64,000 nt of DNA. Origin: Octopus sinensis (taxonomy: Eukaryota). A model generated the notes under the pieces. It had not been told where the DNA came from and ran no database searches. It worked only from the letters and a program-made list of their open reading frames with translations. A program made the translations under genes and the position numbers. Below, piece by piece: positions 13,402-29,131 of this stretch; position 1 is the first letter of the stretch, and the number at the start of each line of letters is the position of its first letter. The DNA is taken from NCBI RefSeq assembly GCF_006345805.1, contig NC_043012.1, positions 19,220,001 through 19,284,000 on the forward strand. Direction: 5' to 3'.

Positions 13402-14164
13402 GTATTTGTATAAACATATGCATATGTCTATATGTGTTTCATTGTTGTGTGTACGTGTGTATTTTCGAATAATTTTTCTCTCTATGAATATATTTATGCT
13501 TGTATAAACTGTCCACTAATCTGTTCTATCATGGAATATGTCAAAATACGTAGGAAATAGCGTTAACATTAAAATACATCCTCTCTTAAAAAGGAAATCC
13601 GGCAGGTGGCGTTTAGAAAGGATAAAAAAAAATTTCTTAAGTTTGAATATAATAAAAATATAGAAAAACTAAAAATACAGAAGCTATTTAGAGATATTTA
13701 CTACAAAACGTAACTGAATGGTAACATTTTCTGTTTTCACCTGTCTTGCTGACGTAGTATTTAAAGTGAAAAATTCATCAACTCGTACAGTAAAATTAAG
13801 TAGAAAACATAGTGCAAGTGCCTGAACGGGTATGTAAAAAGTATAAAATATCACGCATAGAAAACAAAAATATATGCATAGAAATATTGTACGAATTGTT
13901 TGCATGCTTAATCCGTTCAGCATGCAATATCATGAAAACGAAGACACTTTCGATATCTAAATATCTTCAATATACACATACACACAGACGCATAATACAC
14001 ACCTTTATTTTTGTTTGAATACATAATTTTATGCACTTGTTACATAGATATATCTTTGTGGTTGTGGGATCGTTCAGCTGTTCATGATTAGCTGTAAGTA
14101 TTGTAACGTGCACTAATAAAGTGCAAAAACATACACACACAGACACACACACACGTAATGCATA

Positions 14165-14425
14165 TAGTAGTCATAATAATAATAATGATAATAATAATAA
14201 TAATAATGATAATAATAATGATGATAATAATAATAATGATAATAATAATAATGATAATAATAACGATAATAATAATAATAATAACAGCACTATTAATAAT
14301 AAGAAGAAAAAGAACAAAAATAAGAATAATAATAACGAAAATAATAATTAAAAAAATAATAATAATACTAATAATAATAACAAAAATAATAATAATAAAA
14401 ATAATAATGATGATAATAATAATAC

Positions 14426-14456
<31 letters not shown>

Positions 14457-14458
14457 AT
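14165..14458. repeat. (TAA)n microsatellite, imperfect
   Basis: Seen directly. Confidence 0.95.
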
Positions 14459-15075
14459 GGCCACAGCTCATAAGCTGAAACTGGAAAAAATCAAAAATCA
14501 AAAATCAAAATAATAAGTAACAACAATAGAATGGGTCCTTCATATTAGATAAATGGAGGATTATATATGTAATAATTTACAACAAACAGAGGCTGGTTGC
14601 CATTATAGTACTCGGAGATACGAATGTCTGAACGAAGAGCTACGATATATTCTCGTCACTTATTACTGCCAATAGACGCTATGATATTTCGTTGAATAAA
14701 AGGGAAGTCACTCTAACAGATAGCACAATGAAAAGAATAACTAACAAAAAAAATAAATACACTCAACCATACTCTCACAATACATAGCCATAAACCTGCA
14801 TTTATAACGACTTCATACATACACATTCACACACATATGCATGCGTACATATATATACACACGCATAAACATATATTAACGTACGTACTCATACACACAC
14901 ACATACCCACACAAACATGCACACATGAATATAAACATATGTGTGTGGGTGTACATGTGTATGCAACCTCATCCTCACATATACGTAAGTGCTTATACGC
15001 ATATATGTAACACAATACAGATATATTTAGACATTTACACGTATAAATATACATATATATATATGTGTGTGTGTG

Positions 15076-15116
<41 letters not shown>

Positions 15117-15836
15117 ATACATACAGACATATATATGTACAAATATATGCATGTTTGTATATATGCAGGTGTGTGAATATGTGTCAGTATATATATACAT
15201 ATATATATATTTCAACAATTGAGGGTAAAATTAATTAATTATTAATCAATTTCACCAAGTATTCAGTATGTAAAGGGACAAAGTAATTTATTTTACTAAG
15301 CCCTTTATAAAATGTAATATATATACACACCTATATTTATGCATATTAATATCTAAGTGCGTATGTATTATGTTACATGTATGCATGTAAGCAACTATGT
15401 GCATGCGGATGAGCTTGCGTACACAGACACACACAAATGTGTATACACATATGTGTGCGTGGATACGTGTGTATGTATGAGAACGCAAATACATATATAT
15501 GTTTGTGCGTGTATGTGCTTGTACGTATACATGTTTGTGTGAGTGTGTACGGATGATGACGTTGTGAACGCAGGAGTTTTATATCTATGTATTATCAGAA
15601 TATGGTAGTGTGTAATTTTTTATCATTTTCCCTTTATATTTTTCTACCTATTGAAGTATACTTCCCTTTTATTCAACGGTTCTCATGGCTGTCTGTCGCC
15701 AATAATATCCGACGAGAATGTACCGTAGCCCTTCGCCCCGACATCCGAAATTCCGAATACTATAATGACAATCTTTTACTGTTTGTTCTGAATTATAACA
15801 TATATACATATACGTGTGTGAGCGTGTATATATGTA

Positions 15837-15911
<75 letters not shown>

Positions 15912-16357
15912 CAAAGGGTAAAATTTATTAATTAACTAGTAATTAATAATTTCAGCAAGTAGAATTCGGCATGAAAAAGGACCATTTCACGTTAAATTAA
16001 ACTAAAATTTTATAATAGGGTTCAGCAGAGATTTGCTTTATCACACGCGAAGTTTAGAGCATTAGCTATTTCCTGTACTTTAAATTGAGACTCCCGGAAA
16101 AAACAAATTACTCAAAAATAATCCACGAAGGCAGAGAGGAAAACTAACGGAAAACAATCGATATTAGATTAGCCATGTACGCGTTTCGGAATTAGATCGG
16201 TATAAAAAATGTGTAATTTTTACTTTACCCGAACATTGTCTTCATCAGCATGGGACTTAAAACATTTTAAAGTAGAGGAAATAGCTAAAGTTCTTTGGCT
16301 GCTATTTCTAAACTTCGGTATGTGGTAAAGCAAATCTTTGCTGAAACCTTTTATAAA

Positions 16358-16414
<57 letters not shown>

Positions 16415-16799
16415 CATATATATATATATACATATACATATATATGTACATGTATATATATATATATATGTATATGTATGTATGTGTATATATGTATATG
16501 CATATATATATATAATATATATATATATATTCTTATACATATAGACTACTGGTGTAGGCGCAGGACACTGCCTGGAAACGAAGAATAATAAGATTTAGGG
16601 CCTTCATTCCCACTATGCCAAACGCATTGCCTCGAAATCTGGTCCACAAGAAAGCTGCAATTGCAGAAAATGCCAAGTTCAATATCCTAATAACGGACTG
16701 TGAAAGAAAGGTAAGGAATATGTCCCATACGTGCGACCCAACGGAATTAGAAATACACAATACATCATTCACATCATACAAACAAGAGGCACAGACGAC

Positions 16800-16892
16800 A
16801 CCGACGGAATTTGAACTCAGAACGTCGCGGTAGACGAAATACCGCTAAGGATTTCGTTCACTGTGCTACCGATTCTACCCGCTGAGCGCCCT
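16800..16892 (-). mobile_element. SINE B 5' fragment
   Basis: ggaatttgaactcagaacgt...gacgaaataccgctaag is the reverse complement of the SINE B head. Confidence 0.7.
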
Positions 16893-16940
16893 CTAAAATA
16901 AAAGTAATAATAATACTGAAGAATATAGTGCGTGTTGTTA

Positions 16941-16970
16941 TTTGGTAAACGGAAACTGAAAGAAGCCCGT

Positions 16971-17024
<54 letters not shown>

Positions 17025-17243
17025 TGTGTGTGCTTGTTATTTGTGTCTCTATGTTTGTTCCCCCACCATCACTTGACAATTGATGCCGGTGTGTTTACGT
17101 CCCCGTGACTTAGCGGTTCGGCAAAAGATCCCGATACAATAGTTACTCGGATTACAAAAAATAAGTCCTGGAAGGCAACCTGTTCAACTAAAGGTGGTGC
17201 TCCAGCATGGGCGCTGTCAAATGACTGAAATAAATAAAGAATT
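16941..17243 (+). mobile_element. SINE A, 5'-truncated
   Basis: ggaaactgaaagaagcccgtcg, a TA run, and a tail with cttagcggttcggcaaaag and gtgctccagcatgg. Confidence 0.8.
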
Positions 17244-18172
17244 CCGACATATTATAATTCGTGTGTAATCCTTTTGCTCATGGCAACGCCAGGAATATAA
17301 AACAAAATTCATATAACTGTTCAGTGAATTGTACTATGTTTTACCCTATTCTACTACTGAATTTTTAAATCTATAACATCATATAATTTTTTTAAAGAAA
17401 TATATGTTCATCTACAAAGTGCAGATTGTGCAGCCAGCCTCCTGAACTAATCCCGTCTAATTATACGATGATTCGCTAGACATCAATTCTAATTCACATC
17501 CAGCGATATATTCGTTTCAAAAATTGATCGTATATGAATTAGTATTGCGGGGCACCTAAAATCTATCACCGATGCACCAAAATGTCTCGACACGCTGTTT
17601 GAAAACGTCTGTCTTATCACTAACCGAGAACAATCGGTGATAATATCATTTGAAGTGTACTCAAATTCAAAAGAATTTATGTGATACTGACGCTGGCAGC
17701 TGACAGCATATCAAACTTGTGATAATGTTAAAGAGAACGGTTTGTAACGTTTCAGTACTATGTAGTGAAGCATGACACGCCAGGCATATGACAAGGTTAG
17801 TGTATAAAATTATTGAGCAAATTCTACCTAGTATGAAATGTTTGTTTATTTGAAATGACTATATATATATAGTGTGCGGCAGAGAGGATTGATGTTTTTG
17901 AAAAAGTCACAAAATTATGAATTTTAACTGCAGAAAAAATTGTATTGACATCAATATATTTCTATTGAATTAGCATTTGTCAAAATCACTTGTGGAAAAC
18001 AACATTCAACATGTGGTGTCCGTTTTCACTGATGTATTTCGGAAGGTATTTTTAGAAGTTGGCCTCCACGCTCTTTAGCATTGCTTTGTGTATAATACCA
18101 TGCTTTCAAATGTTTCCAAACGACAGAAGTAATAGCTATTTTTTAAATGTCCGTCCCCTCTGTCTCACCATG

Positions 18173-18245
<73 letters not shown>

Positions 18246-18290
18246 TATATATATTATATATATATAATTATATATATATATATATATAAT

Positions 18291-18324
<34 letters not shown>

Positions 18325-19204
18325 TTATATGTTGTAATATGTGCGTGTGTGTGCATATATATGTATATATATATAGATACATACATGTATCTCTCTTTCT
18401 CTCTCTTTCTCTCACTATATATATATATATATATATATATACATACATACAAACATACATATACACATACAAGCAGACAAATAGACAGATATACACACAT
18501 ACATTTATGCTTAGATAGGTGTGCGTATGGCACAACACATTTAGTAAGAAATATGTCTGTTATTTAATAAGTAATATTCCGTCCCATATGACTTAAAATT
18601 TATTGGCCTCGTAAATAGGTCCCATCTCATCAGATATTTAGAGAAGATATATAAGACTAAATGCAACTGCTGAAGCAGTACACGGTGTCGTGTTGACTAT
18701 TATTGAAAGGTCGATATGCTGTCACATGCACACAGAACAACGTCGTATTAAATCAGGACACAATCGCGCATTCTTCCAATTATATTGTTACAGTTCTCGT
18801 AACTATTTCTATATGCAACGTGATGTTAATTAGCATCTTAGAATATTTATTTAGGATTATATTGCTGTAATTTATGTTTGGTAATCTGCATATAATTTGT
18901 CACGTAACTAATGGAGGGTAATATAATATTTAATTGTTGGTTTATTAAATTTATCGTAAGTTCCTTCAAAGAAAAGCTGTCGAAGATCCCTGAAGAATAA
19001 ACATAATTCAGTGACAGTTGATAAAAATCGGAGAAGGATTTCTCTGTTGAAGGTAAAGCAATGTTGGGTAGGAAATACATAAGGCAAAATACAGGTAACA
19101 GCAAGGTGTGTTTTACATTTTCTGGTGAAGAAAATAAATACTTCCATGCTTCCTGAAATTCGCCAACAGTACACCTGAATCCTGTATACAGCAAGTTTCT
19201 TCTT

Positions 19205-19222
19205 CTTATTATTATTATATTA

Positions 19223-19288
<66 letters not shown>

Positions 19289-19332
19289 TATTATCGTTGT
19301 TGTTGTTGTTGTTATTATTATTATTATTATTA

Positions 19333-19379
<47 letters not shown>

Positions 19380-19392
19380 ATTATTATTATTT
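19205..19392. repeat. (TTA)n microsatellite
   Basis: Seen directly. Confidence 0.95.
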
Positions 19393-21629
19393 TTGTTATG
19401 TTCCCTGTTTTCTTAATGTAAATGAAAATATGGAGCTGAATACATAGTACCGGATATATTTCCAAACAATATCATTAGTCATGAAAACCATGAGAAATAT
19501 TCAAGTAACATTTGGAAGCAAGAAAAATAGCTGCATTATTTTCGAGATAATGGAAAACGTCAGAGAAAGTTAACGAGTTAACTTTCTTAGTTATTGAAAT
19601 ATGAAAACTTAGCAACTCTACTGCATTGTTGAGACTATAATAAATTATACATGTAGTGCGTTAGTTTGATCAGTGTTTGGAACAGAATTTGCAGCAGGAA
19701 TAAAGCATAAAATCTCTTTTAGCTGAGCATATGATTGCAAGATTGATTAAAATTCGAAGAATTCATTTGAACTACATTTTCTGAAAATTATAATGGTATC
19801 ACTGTAGTGATAGGAAATGAGTAAATGGACATAAACGCTTTACTATGATGGCTTTTCAATGTTTTATTCATAATAATAAATCTACATATGAGAGGTTGTG
19901 TTGTAAAGATTTCATTTGAAAACAAAAGATGAACATAAATTCCAAATTTTATCTACTTTCTGCATGACTGGTATTAGAAAACATATTTAAGTGTTTGACA
20001 AAGAGAATGAAAATATGTTTATCACTAATTGTTTCTATGGTATGAATTGCTTTCAAAATACGATGCGAAACGAAAATCGTCAGAAAGATTTTACTCAGAT
20101 TTCAATCAATGTTGTTTTTGCTCACATATTTGGATGGGAGCAAATCCTTATTGCACTCTTCGAAATATATTATCTCTTATTAAGTCGAAAATGTTGCCGA
20201 GAATACGAATCCAAAGAAAAATGTTTCATCTCTCCAAGAGATTATGGAAACTGAATTTTGTAATTTAATTAAAAACGTGCCTTAGTGCAGGAAATGCGCA
20301 TCACTTACAAATTTAAACCGTTAAAAATCAGAAACGTTAGCACGTAAAAGGATAGGGAAAACGGCTAAACATTGGTTGATTAAATTTTCGCAATATAAGA
20401 CAAATAATGATCTGGAAAAGAAACGTGAAAATGGGAAATTTACATATTATTTAGAAATCCACCAAATGCAACTTAAGATGAGTTATTATTTTTGTTTTAT
20501 TTAATTTCACTAATTTAACATTGCTTTGCTAAAAAAATGTAAATGTACTACAGAATATGCATTATGCAATAATAAATGTATATCATTCGCAACAAATAAC
20601 TTCATGATTGACTGACGCACAAATCTCTTGGACTAAAGAAATATTGGTTTCCATAACATATAAAGTGAGTGAATTAGAAAGTTTCTCTGTTTTCTGTTTA
20701 CGGAAGCATGTCAGTTCGTACGGAAAGGCAAAAAAACATAACTTTTGCTCTTTCTCTAACATATACCAACGAAGTTGAAATTTCAGTAACATGTACGTTT
20801 GTAGACCGCCAGCTTACAATCTAAGCGAATCTTTTATTATTCTACTAAATATTCAAGATCATGCGCCTCAATCAATTATTTCTTTGTATATACATTTTCT
20901 TATAAATTTGATCTCGCTAACAAGACTAAATGTGTTACGAAATACTTGAATTTATAGATGATTGCCACTAATGGTAAAATTATGAAAACTTCCGTTTAAT
21001 ATTTCCTAGCATGACGTCTGCACATATAATTCCTTAAATTCAACCAGTCATTCATTCCCAGCGAAGAACTGATACATGGCTTTATTCTTTTTCTACGCTA
21101 GGCCTTATCTCAGAACCACCACAGCCTATCATTGTCCAATCTCCACTTTTGTTCCTCATGGTATACAAAAGAGACAATCTGACAAAAGTCTATTCGCTCC
21201 ACAGTTTTTACTGCTACTTATCTCATGTCACATATGATATCATGTTTAATATGTAATATAATGAGCCGAAAACGTCTCATTAAGTGAGATTATGTGTGTG
21301 GTCATTACACACATATATCTTCTCAGATTATTCAAAATCTCAAGCGAGATTAATTATCTCAAATAAAATTAAATAACTTACAGTTTAGAAAAATAAAAAT
21401 GAATCAGATAAGAGTGAGCCATCATTTGATAACCAAGTGGGGAAAACCACACACATTTCCGTCGTCTTAATTCTCTTTTGCCTATTTAGTTGAAAATACT
21501 TAGAACTAGTGTTTATATACACTAAGTGAGAGATAGTTGCAATACAGATTATGTTTATGAGCAACAGAGCTGAATAAAGTGCATGAGGTTACATATTTCC
21601 TAGTACCGCATAACGTCAATCGTATATTA

Positions 21630-22350
21630 CCTTTCAAACGACAGATGCAAGAGAAGCTTATAACTAAAGTATATGACAATGGAATGTCGTATATATTGGA
21701 AATGAGTGTAAGAAAAATACAATACATACTAATCAGTAACGAACAAGAGACACCAATAAATATTACAATAGTGTGGAATCTTATTGAACAAACATCAAAT
21801 ATAATATACCTGCGATAGCAAGCGAAGAACGTATACCTAATATCGCAATCATAAATGTGAAGCAGAAATCAAAAGAAGATTTGATGTAACTAGAAAGACA
21901 TTTGGAAAATATATCAAAGTTACTAATAAAGTTAATATCGAAGGAACAGTTGTATATAGGAGTGAATAAAAAGACGTTACAATTGTGCGATCTAACAAAT
22001 TATATTTCTTGGAAATGTGGGCCATAAAATACATTTGAGAATGTCATGGATAATCCATCAAAATAGTAATGAAATACTAGAAATAACAAAATCTAAGAAA
22101 TTCTGTTCGATGTTAACAAAGATAAAAAACGAAAAATATTTTCGGACACTTGATTAGAAATGTTAATAGGAGCTATAATCAATGTGCTCATATATATTAC
22201 GGAGAATGACAAAATCAAATATTAAGTGGATGGAAAATGACAAGAATCGGACGGAATTACGCAACGCGAATATTTAAGGACAGCACAAGTTACACAGTTA
22301 TAGCAATCTGATGTAATCAAATTGCTGATAGATTATACACGATGAGAGTG
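21630..22350 (+). pseudogene. RTE-clade LINE RT C-terminal remnant (old)
   Basis: MSVRKIQYILIS..PINITIVWNLIEQTSNIIYL (IEQV..F.YLG-like), KCEAEIKRRFDVTRKTF, FLEMW and FGHLIR segments, spread across frames. Confidence 0.55.
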
Positions 22351-23491
22351 ACAAGAAGCTTTTGTGCATATGAAGGTGTGGTTCACGGATTTCGACAACC
22401 TGAAATTCTTCATGCAATTAGTAGCGATATTCTTATTTAGCAGTCGTTAAACTCTAAAAGACAATCAAAAGCAGAAAATCCAACAAAATTAGATATCCTA
22501 CTCTCATCTGAGAGCTTTTATGTAAAAACATAGCAGATGGCTATATATCTTTCTTTTTAAATATCTATTGTCAACTTGTGTGATTATGTCGTATTAAAAC
22601 CCAGTTACAACTTTCCATCTTTCTCTGTTCTCAAAGAAGCAAATAATAAACATGTGCCTTACAGACATAAAGTTAACAACACGATTAAAAATACGAAACA
22701 CTTTGCATGGCGCTTAATGCATATATTATGTCCTTTATATATCTGCTTGTCAAAGGGATATCCGTAAATACAACCCTTATCAACATATTTATTTTAAGTG
22801 GAAAACTTGTTGCTGGAACTTCTTAATTCATTCCCACCTTGCCACCTTTCTGTACGATATAAAGAAGTCCCTGAAAACATGTCCAGTATTCTGTATGCAA
22901 TATGTTCTTAGGCACCAAAACCGAGCATACATCTGATGCATATTTTAGAGAAAACAGCCTATTCTGATGAACAGTTAGATTAAACTAAAGGATATCCCGC
23001 AATGTTTGTGCAATACATCCCCCAAATATTTCTTACTTTTTGTGTGTCTGCGATTATGAGACACCATGTGCGTACGGACACCAAATATATATCATCTATT
23101 TTGATACTGTTACCTCCATACGTATCACGTTTCAACTATATTAAATGTGATGCAAATTACCATAAACCATTCTCACCTCAAAAACTCCGTGTGTTTATCA
23201 ATTGATCAATATACCAAAAGACTAGTCTCATGATCTGCCTCTCATGTAAACTACATATATTACGCTGAGAAATAAGTGTCCGACTGCAAATATTCTTTCA
23301 TGAGCACGCTCTTCCTCTGTTGTCAGATAGCAAGTAACAAATTCCCCCTTGTCTGATTGCCACCAAGCAACATATTATAATATAGGAGTCACACATAAAC
23401 AGTCCTTCAACACCGGCAGATAACTATATATTTCACAATTAACTTTCTGTACACATACATAAATAGACACACGTGCATACATTCATATATG

Positions 23492-23564
<73 letters not shown>

Positions 23565-23869
23565 AATATATTTATTATATAGAAGGAGCTTCTACAGGAC
23601 TAGAACTGTTTCATTCAAGAGAAATCTTCAGGAAGCTAGTTAACAAGAATTGTATTGGCATTTATACATTTAGGCAGGTTTAAAGGGGTGTTGGTGGGGG
23701 ACTTTTTGGGGGTAGGCATAGCGCAAAATATCATACTTGGGGGAGTGGTCAAGGAGTCAGTGTTAAATTAGATAGAAGAATAAAAAAAAAATTAAAAAAA
23801 TTATAAAAAATATATAAAAATATATATAAAAAAAGGAATAGAGTTTTAGGTAAATAAGGAGATTCTCAC

Positions 23870-24237
23870 TTATACCTATGCACATATGTATACATATATA
23901 CACACACATACAAACATATATACATATACATACACACATACGTACACACACACACATATATACATATATATACACTTACACATACATATACATATCTACA
24001 CATACACATATATGTATACATACACACACTCACATGCATACACGTATACAACATGTATATATACACACACGACCACACATACATATACACACAGAAAAAT
24101 ATATATATACACATACACACACATACTCACATACACGCATACACACACATATCCACACACACATATGCCACACAGCACACTAGTCCCTATATAGACATAT
24201 ATACACATACACCACACATACCACACATACATATACA

Positions 24238-24281
<44 letters not shown>

Positions 24282-24720
24282 GTGTACCTATGCATACCTA
24301 CACATACACACGTATATATACACATACAAATACAGACCCATTCCCTAATTTTAATTTTATTATCTTCATTTATTACTTTTGTTATCTTTGATCGCTGGTC
24401 ACAAACATCTTGGCTATAACAGCCAGTCCATTTATCTGTCTACTGGAAAACAAGCACTCATTTACTCACGCACACTCTTTAGCACGTACACTCACTCATT
24501 CGCACACTCATACACATACACGCACGCACGCGTTATATTCATACATACATACATCTACATACATTCACGTATATACACATACGTACGCGTACCTACAGAT
24601 TCATGTCTACACTCTTAGAAGGCTAGTCTATACATATACACCAATAAATATAAATACACACACATACATATACACCTACATACAAATACATACATGTATA
24701 TATAAATATATATAAATATA
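23870..24720. repeat. Degenerate CA/TA low-complexity tract
   Basis: Seen directly. Confidence 0.9.
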
Positions 24721-24724
24721 TATA

Positions 24725-25994
24725 CGAGGGGCGTTCAATAAGTAATGCCCCTGACCCACTTCCCATAGCAGTAGAGCAACAAAACTTGGCACAGTTATTA
24801 GTCTTTTTCTATATAGCAACCACCCATTGTTTGATGCAGCTCTGGAGACCGTTTTTGTGGAAGACCTAGCTTGGTCCTCCAACCTGAACGTGACTTCAGA
24901 AATCAAGGCTGCATCATCTGGGAAACGCTTTCCTTTCGAAAACAACTTCATGACTGGGAAGAGGTGAAAATCAGAGGGTGCAAGGTCAGGAAAGTAGGGG
25001 GATGGGGGAGGAGTTCATAGCCATACGCCTGTCCTTCTGATCTGGCGACAAGCGAGTTGTGGACCGGAGCATTGTCCTGCAGGACGAGGATGCCTTTGCT
25101 GATCTTGCCCCGCCTCTTGATTTTGATAACTTCTCTTAATTTCCTCAAAAGTGAAGCATAATAGGCTCCTGTAATTGTGGTACCCTATGCCAGGAAATCT
25201 GTCATCACTACTCCGTCCTGGTCCCAGAAGACTGTGAGCATGACCTTGCCAGCGGAGGGCTGCACCCTTGCCTTCTTTGGAGGGGGTGAGTCACGGTGCT
25301 TCCACTGCATTGACTGGGCGTTGGTCTCTGGATCATCGTGATGGACCCAGGTTTCATCCTGTGTAATCAGTCTTTTGAATAATTTTGACTTATCTTCTTG
25401 GCACATCTCTAAATTTACCCTCGAGCACTCGACGCGTTCTTGCTTCTGGAAAGGCGTGAGCAACCCGGGAATCCATCTGGCAGACACCTTTTGCATATGC
25501 AAATGGTCATGAATGATAGTTTCCACAGACCCGGTACCAATCTTGACCTCATGGGCTATTTGGCTAATAATTATGCGTCGATCTTCCAAAATGGCAGCCT
25601 CAACTTGACGGACAGATGCCTCATCAATGGCAGAAGGGGCGACCAGATCTGGGATCTGTTTCCACAGAGTTCCGACCATGTTTGAATTCACTATGCCAGC
25701 GTTTTACAAGGTCATATGATTGGAGCATCATCACCATAAGTTACTTTCATTTCATCAAAAGTCTCCCGTGGTGTGCGTCCTTTCAAATACAAAAACCGGA
25801 TCACTGCTCGACACTCAACAGGCTCCATTTCACACTTGACTCATTTCAAACACCTGTAAATCAGAAACCACAATTAATTCAGAGCTGTAATTTGCCACTG
25901 ACTCTTTAGAGATATAAATGATTGCACATGCAAAATTTCAGCTCGATCAAACAACTGCAAGTGGACAGAGGCATTACTTATTGAACGTCCCTCG
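24725..25994 (-). mobile_element. Full-length mariner (DD34D, irritans/Himar1-like), 1270 bp
   Basis: The TIRs read tacgagggRcgttcaataagtaatgcc (including the TA) with 1 mismatch. TA duplication inside a (TA)n run. Confidence 0.92.
24798..25828 (-). pseudogene. Mariner transposase, disabled
   Basis: MEPVECRAVIRFLYLKG at the start, then WIPGLLT, TQDETWVHH, SAGKVMLTVFWD, LQDNAPVH, LPHPP and a YIEKD* end. One in-frame stop at 25185 and several frameshifts. Confidence 0.9.
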
Positions 25995-26232
25995 TATATA
26001 TATATATATATATATAGGTATATGTGTCTATATATGTACATACGAATACATATACATATGAATACATACATACACACATAGACGTACATGCATACATTCA
26101 TATATTGTCTGTGTTAACTACTTCCTAAAGATGGAGCCTTGTGTCTTCGTTGGATATATCAGTGGAAGATTTGTAGATCTGTAATACTTAAGAATAGAAT
26201 ATATATATATATATAAACAATATATATGCATG

Positions 26233-26298
<66 letters not shown>

Positions 26299-28575
26299 AT
26301 TATATATATATATATATATATACTTACTCAGTCTTTTAAGAAAAATGCCTGATGTCTAATTGCACAGGAATTGTCAGTACTAGACTATACATGCTAGACA
26401 CACTCTCAAATCTGCGAAGAGCTTGTGGATTTTCTCTAAAAGTTTCTGCTCAAAACATTCCCTTATATCGGTCATAAATTTGAAACCTGAACTTTAACCT
26501 AGATAGCACAGTATTTTGTGTGAGATATTTGTTGCAGTGTGGGTACAATCCTTTTGTTATTGAAAATTGAATTCGTTGTCTACTTTTGAGGAACTAATTT
26601 CTGCAGCATGGATAATAAACTCCCTAAAAGCAATAAAATTCCTAACCCACAACTTCATAAACAACTGCAAAATCATAATTCATCATCTACTCTGATGTTA
26701 CACATCCTGCGCTTCAGAGTTGATGTAACAGACAAAAAATAGATATTTGGTTCAAGCTCTGCAAAGGCAACCATTTGACAGATCTCCACTAAAGCACAAA
26801 TCCTGATTCATCCCACATCAGAACATGTCATTTCCCTAAGCGTAATCTTCATTAAAAAAGTTCTCTCTTTGTTATTACAGTTTCTTTTGCGTATTTTTCA
26901 GATAAATCCAAAGTTTTTCAAACTTCAAGCTATAACCATTTTGAAAACATTTCTTTCATGAACTATGAATGTCCTTCTTAATGCCAGATATTTTTGCCGG
27001 TAAAACAGATTTTCTGGATGTGAAGCAATATTCTGTTTAAGGAAGCACTGAATTTCCTTGTGGATACTAGTGTTTTAACTATTTTAAGGATAGTAGCAAT
27101 TTTATTATTAATATAGATATCAATATATAATCACTTAGTCTTTCAAAAATTACATGATACTGCAAATTTAAGGATGTGAGATATTACTTCGGTTTTAAGT
27201 CGTCTGTTAGATCTCTGTGTGTGTGTGTGTGTGTGTGTGGGCGTGTGCGTATGGTTGTAATATTACCATAAGAAATTTTATATGTATGCTCGTAGATATA
27301 TATGCATATCCATGTGTATTTTTGTATATATTTAGAAAAATGTACTGATAAATGAAATACCAAAACAATGTGTACCTTTTTTCTTGATAATGATGTGTGA
27401 ATAAAGATTATATTACATCAAAAGATTTGTATCTACACTGCATATTATTTCTCGCCGATGTATCTGAAATTTCTCATTATTTATCTTTCTAGATGTCAAC
27501 ATTGGCTGGTTGCCACAAATAGCTTTGTTTAAAAAGTAAAGTTAATTCAAGCTCAAACAAAATAGTATTATTATAATCGTGTATCTGTTGCCAAGTCTAT
27601 AATATGTTGTGATGTATTTCAGAATGGATCAGCATTTATGTCATGAATCTGATAAAGAGAGACAGTGTGCTTATGACAGCACACCGAACGAATATTATAG
27701 AGTTGAATCGGAATCGTGAATCTTCTGATGTCATAATATTATATATTTCCCCCCAGGTAACACGAATATTAATTCAAAATATGAGATTATGGTGTGTTAT
27801 ATATCATATTATTTATCTTCTCTTTCTTGGCTTAAAAAAGTACACAAAGTATTCTGTTTGAAAATATATAGAAATCTTCGGGGTTAACACGAATTTTCAA
27901 ATTAAAACAGGAATACAGAAATACGTTCATATGATACGTGTATGTTCAATGTTAACGAGAATGTTTATTGTAAGAAAAATATGTACAAAGTAATAAACAC
28001 TCTCAGAATACCATTATGCTGGTGAAGGTCAGAAATCCAAAGAAAAGGACAGATTAATTTTGTAAATGTCATATATCTGTCCTTCGTTTCAGGATTTCTT
28101 TGCAAATCCAAGATGGGGAAAACCAGGAACGGAGGCATTAAAAGTCATAGGCTCTCGGTTTCTTGTTTTTTTTTTTTCATTGTATCTTTTTTAACGAAGC
28201 CTAGGATTTTGATTCAGAAACATCTTCATTGATTCTCAAAATTACCCATGGTAAGGTTTCGTTTCCATCTGTCAGACGTTCATTTTATTCTATTACACGC
28301 TTCATCGCCTGTTCTTTATTTACTGCATTTCGTAGTTTTCCTGTGGTGCTCTGCAAATATTCTACTGGGGTTCTTTTTGTATCTGGTTACATTTTTCTAC
28401 TGCTATTGAGCCTCTTCAATCCGGGTTTCCCCTGAAGTACAGCCGGTTGATGTCAGCTACCGGGTGGTGATCTTCATACATCGGCAATAACTTACTAGTT
28501 TTTCTATCAAGTTTCTTTATATTGTTTCTGAGCCACTCTAGAATTCCAAATAAACCCAACCGCATTATTATTATT

Positions 28576-29130
28576 GAGTGAGAGAGCAGTGCATGCCATC
28601 AAAATGACACTGGGGTAAAATATACGAAGCCCATTATACCCATCATAACTACCCGTCTGATAAGGCTACACTCGGCACATGCATCACAACAATATGTGCG
28701 TGACATGGTGATCTCATATCAAAATAAAAAGCACATGACCTTACAGGTGGGGCCCAGTTAGAAACTTCTTCTGGTCGAGTATCCCATTCTGCTCAAAAGG
28801 TCCCTGAATAAGGATTGTTTAAGGATGTTGAACAAAACACCCATGTTTCCAGAGGTGAATTATTCAAACCCCAAAGGATCCCTCTCATCAGATGGCTATG
28901 ATGTTCCCCCACTACTTTTGCTTGTGATCAGAGATGCACATATTGCCAGCCACTAAGGGACATGCTCAACTAGTTAAGGTCAAACAATTGACAAGCAAAT
29001 CTGTGGTATTGAGCAGAATATTTGCTGTAGCCCATCTTTTTTACCAAGACAAAACAATGTACATGATAAGACTTCCAATCAGTTAAGATCAGAAGCCACG
29101 AGAGCGCCTGTCTGGTACTGCATCAGGGCA

Positions 29131-29131
<1 letters not shown>
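28576..29131. mobile_element. About 555-bp non-coding element bounded by same-orientation (ATT)n on both sides
   Basis: (att)4 at 28564-28575 and (tta)n at 29132-29186 flank a more GC-rich block with no ORF. I recall it as an Octopus repeat; this is unverified. Confidence 0.55.

Noticed and set aside
18847-19194. 115-aa minus-strand ORF
   Set aside because: No recognisable motif, no convincing splice context, and the length is plausible by chance.
23685-23743. Four G-tracts as a possible G-quadruplex
   Set aside because: The last loop is 26 nt, and there is no context suggesting function.
26330-27080. Possible decayed DNA transposase
   Set aside because: No interpretable motif in any frame I translated.
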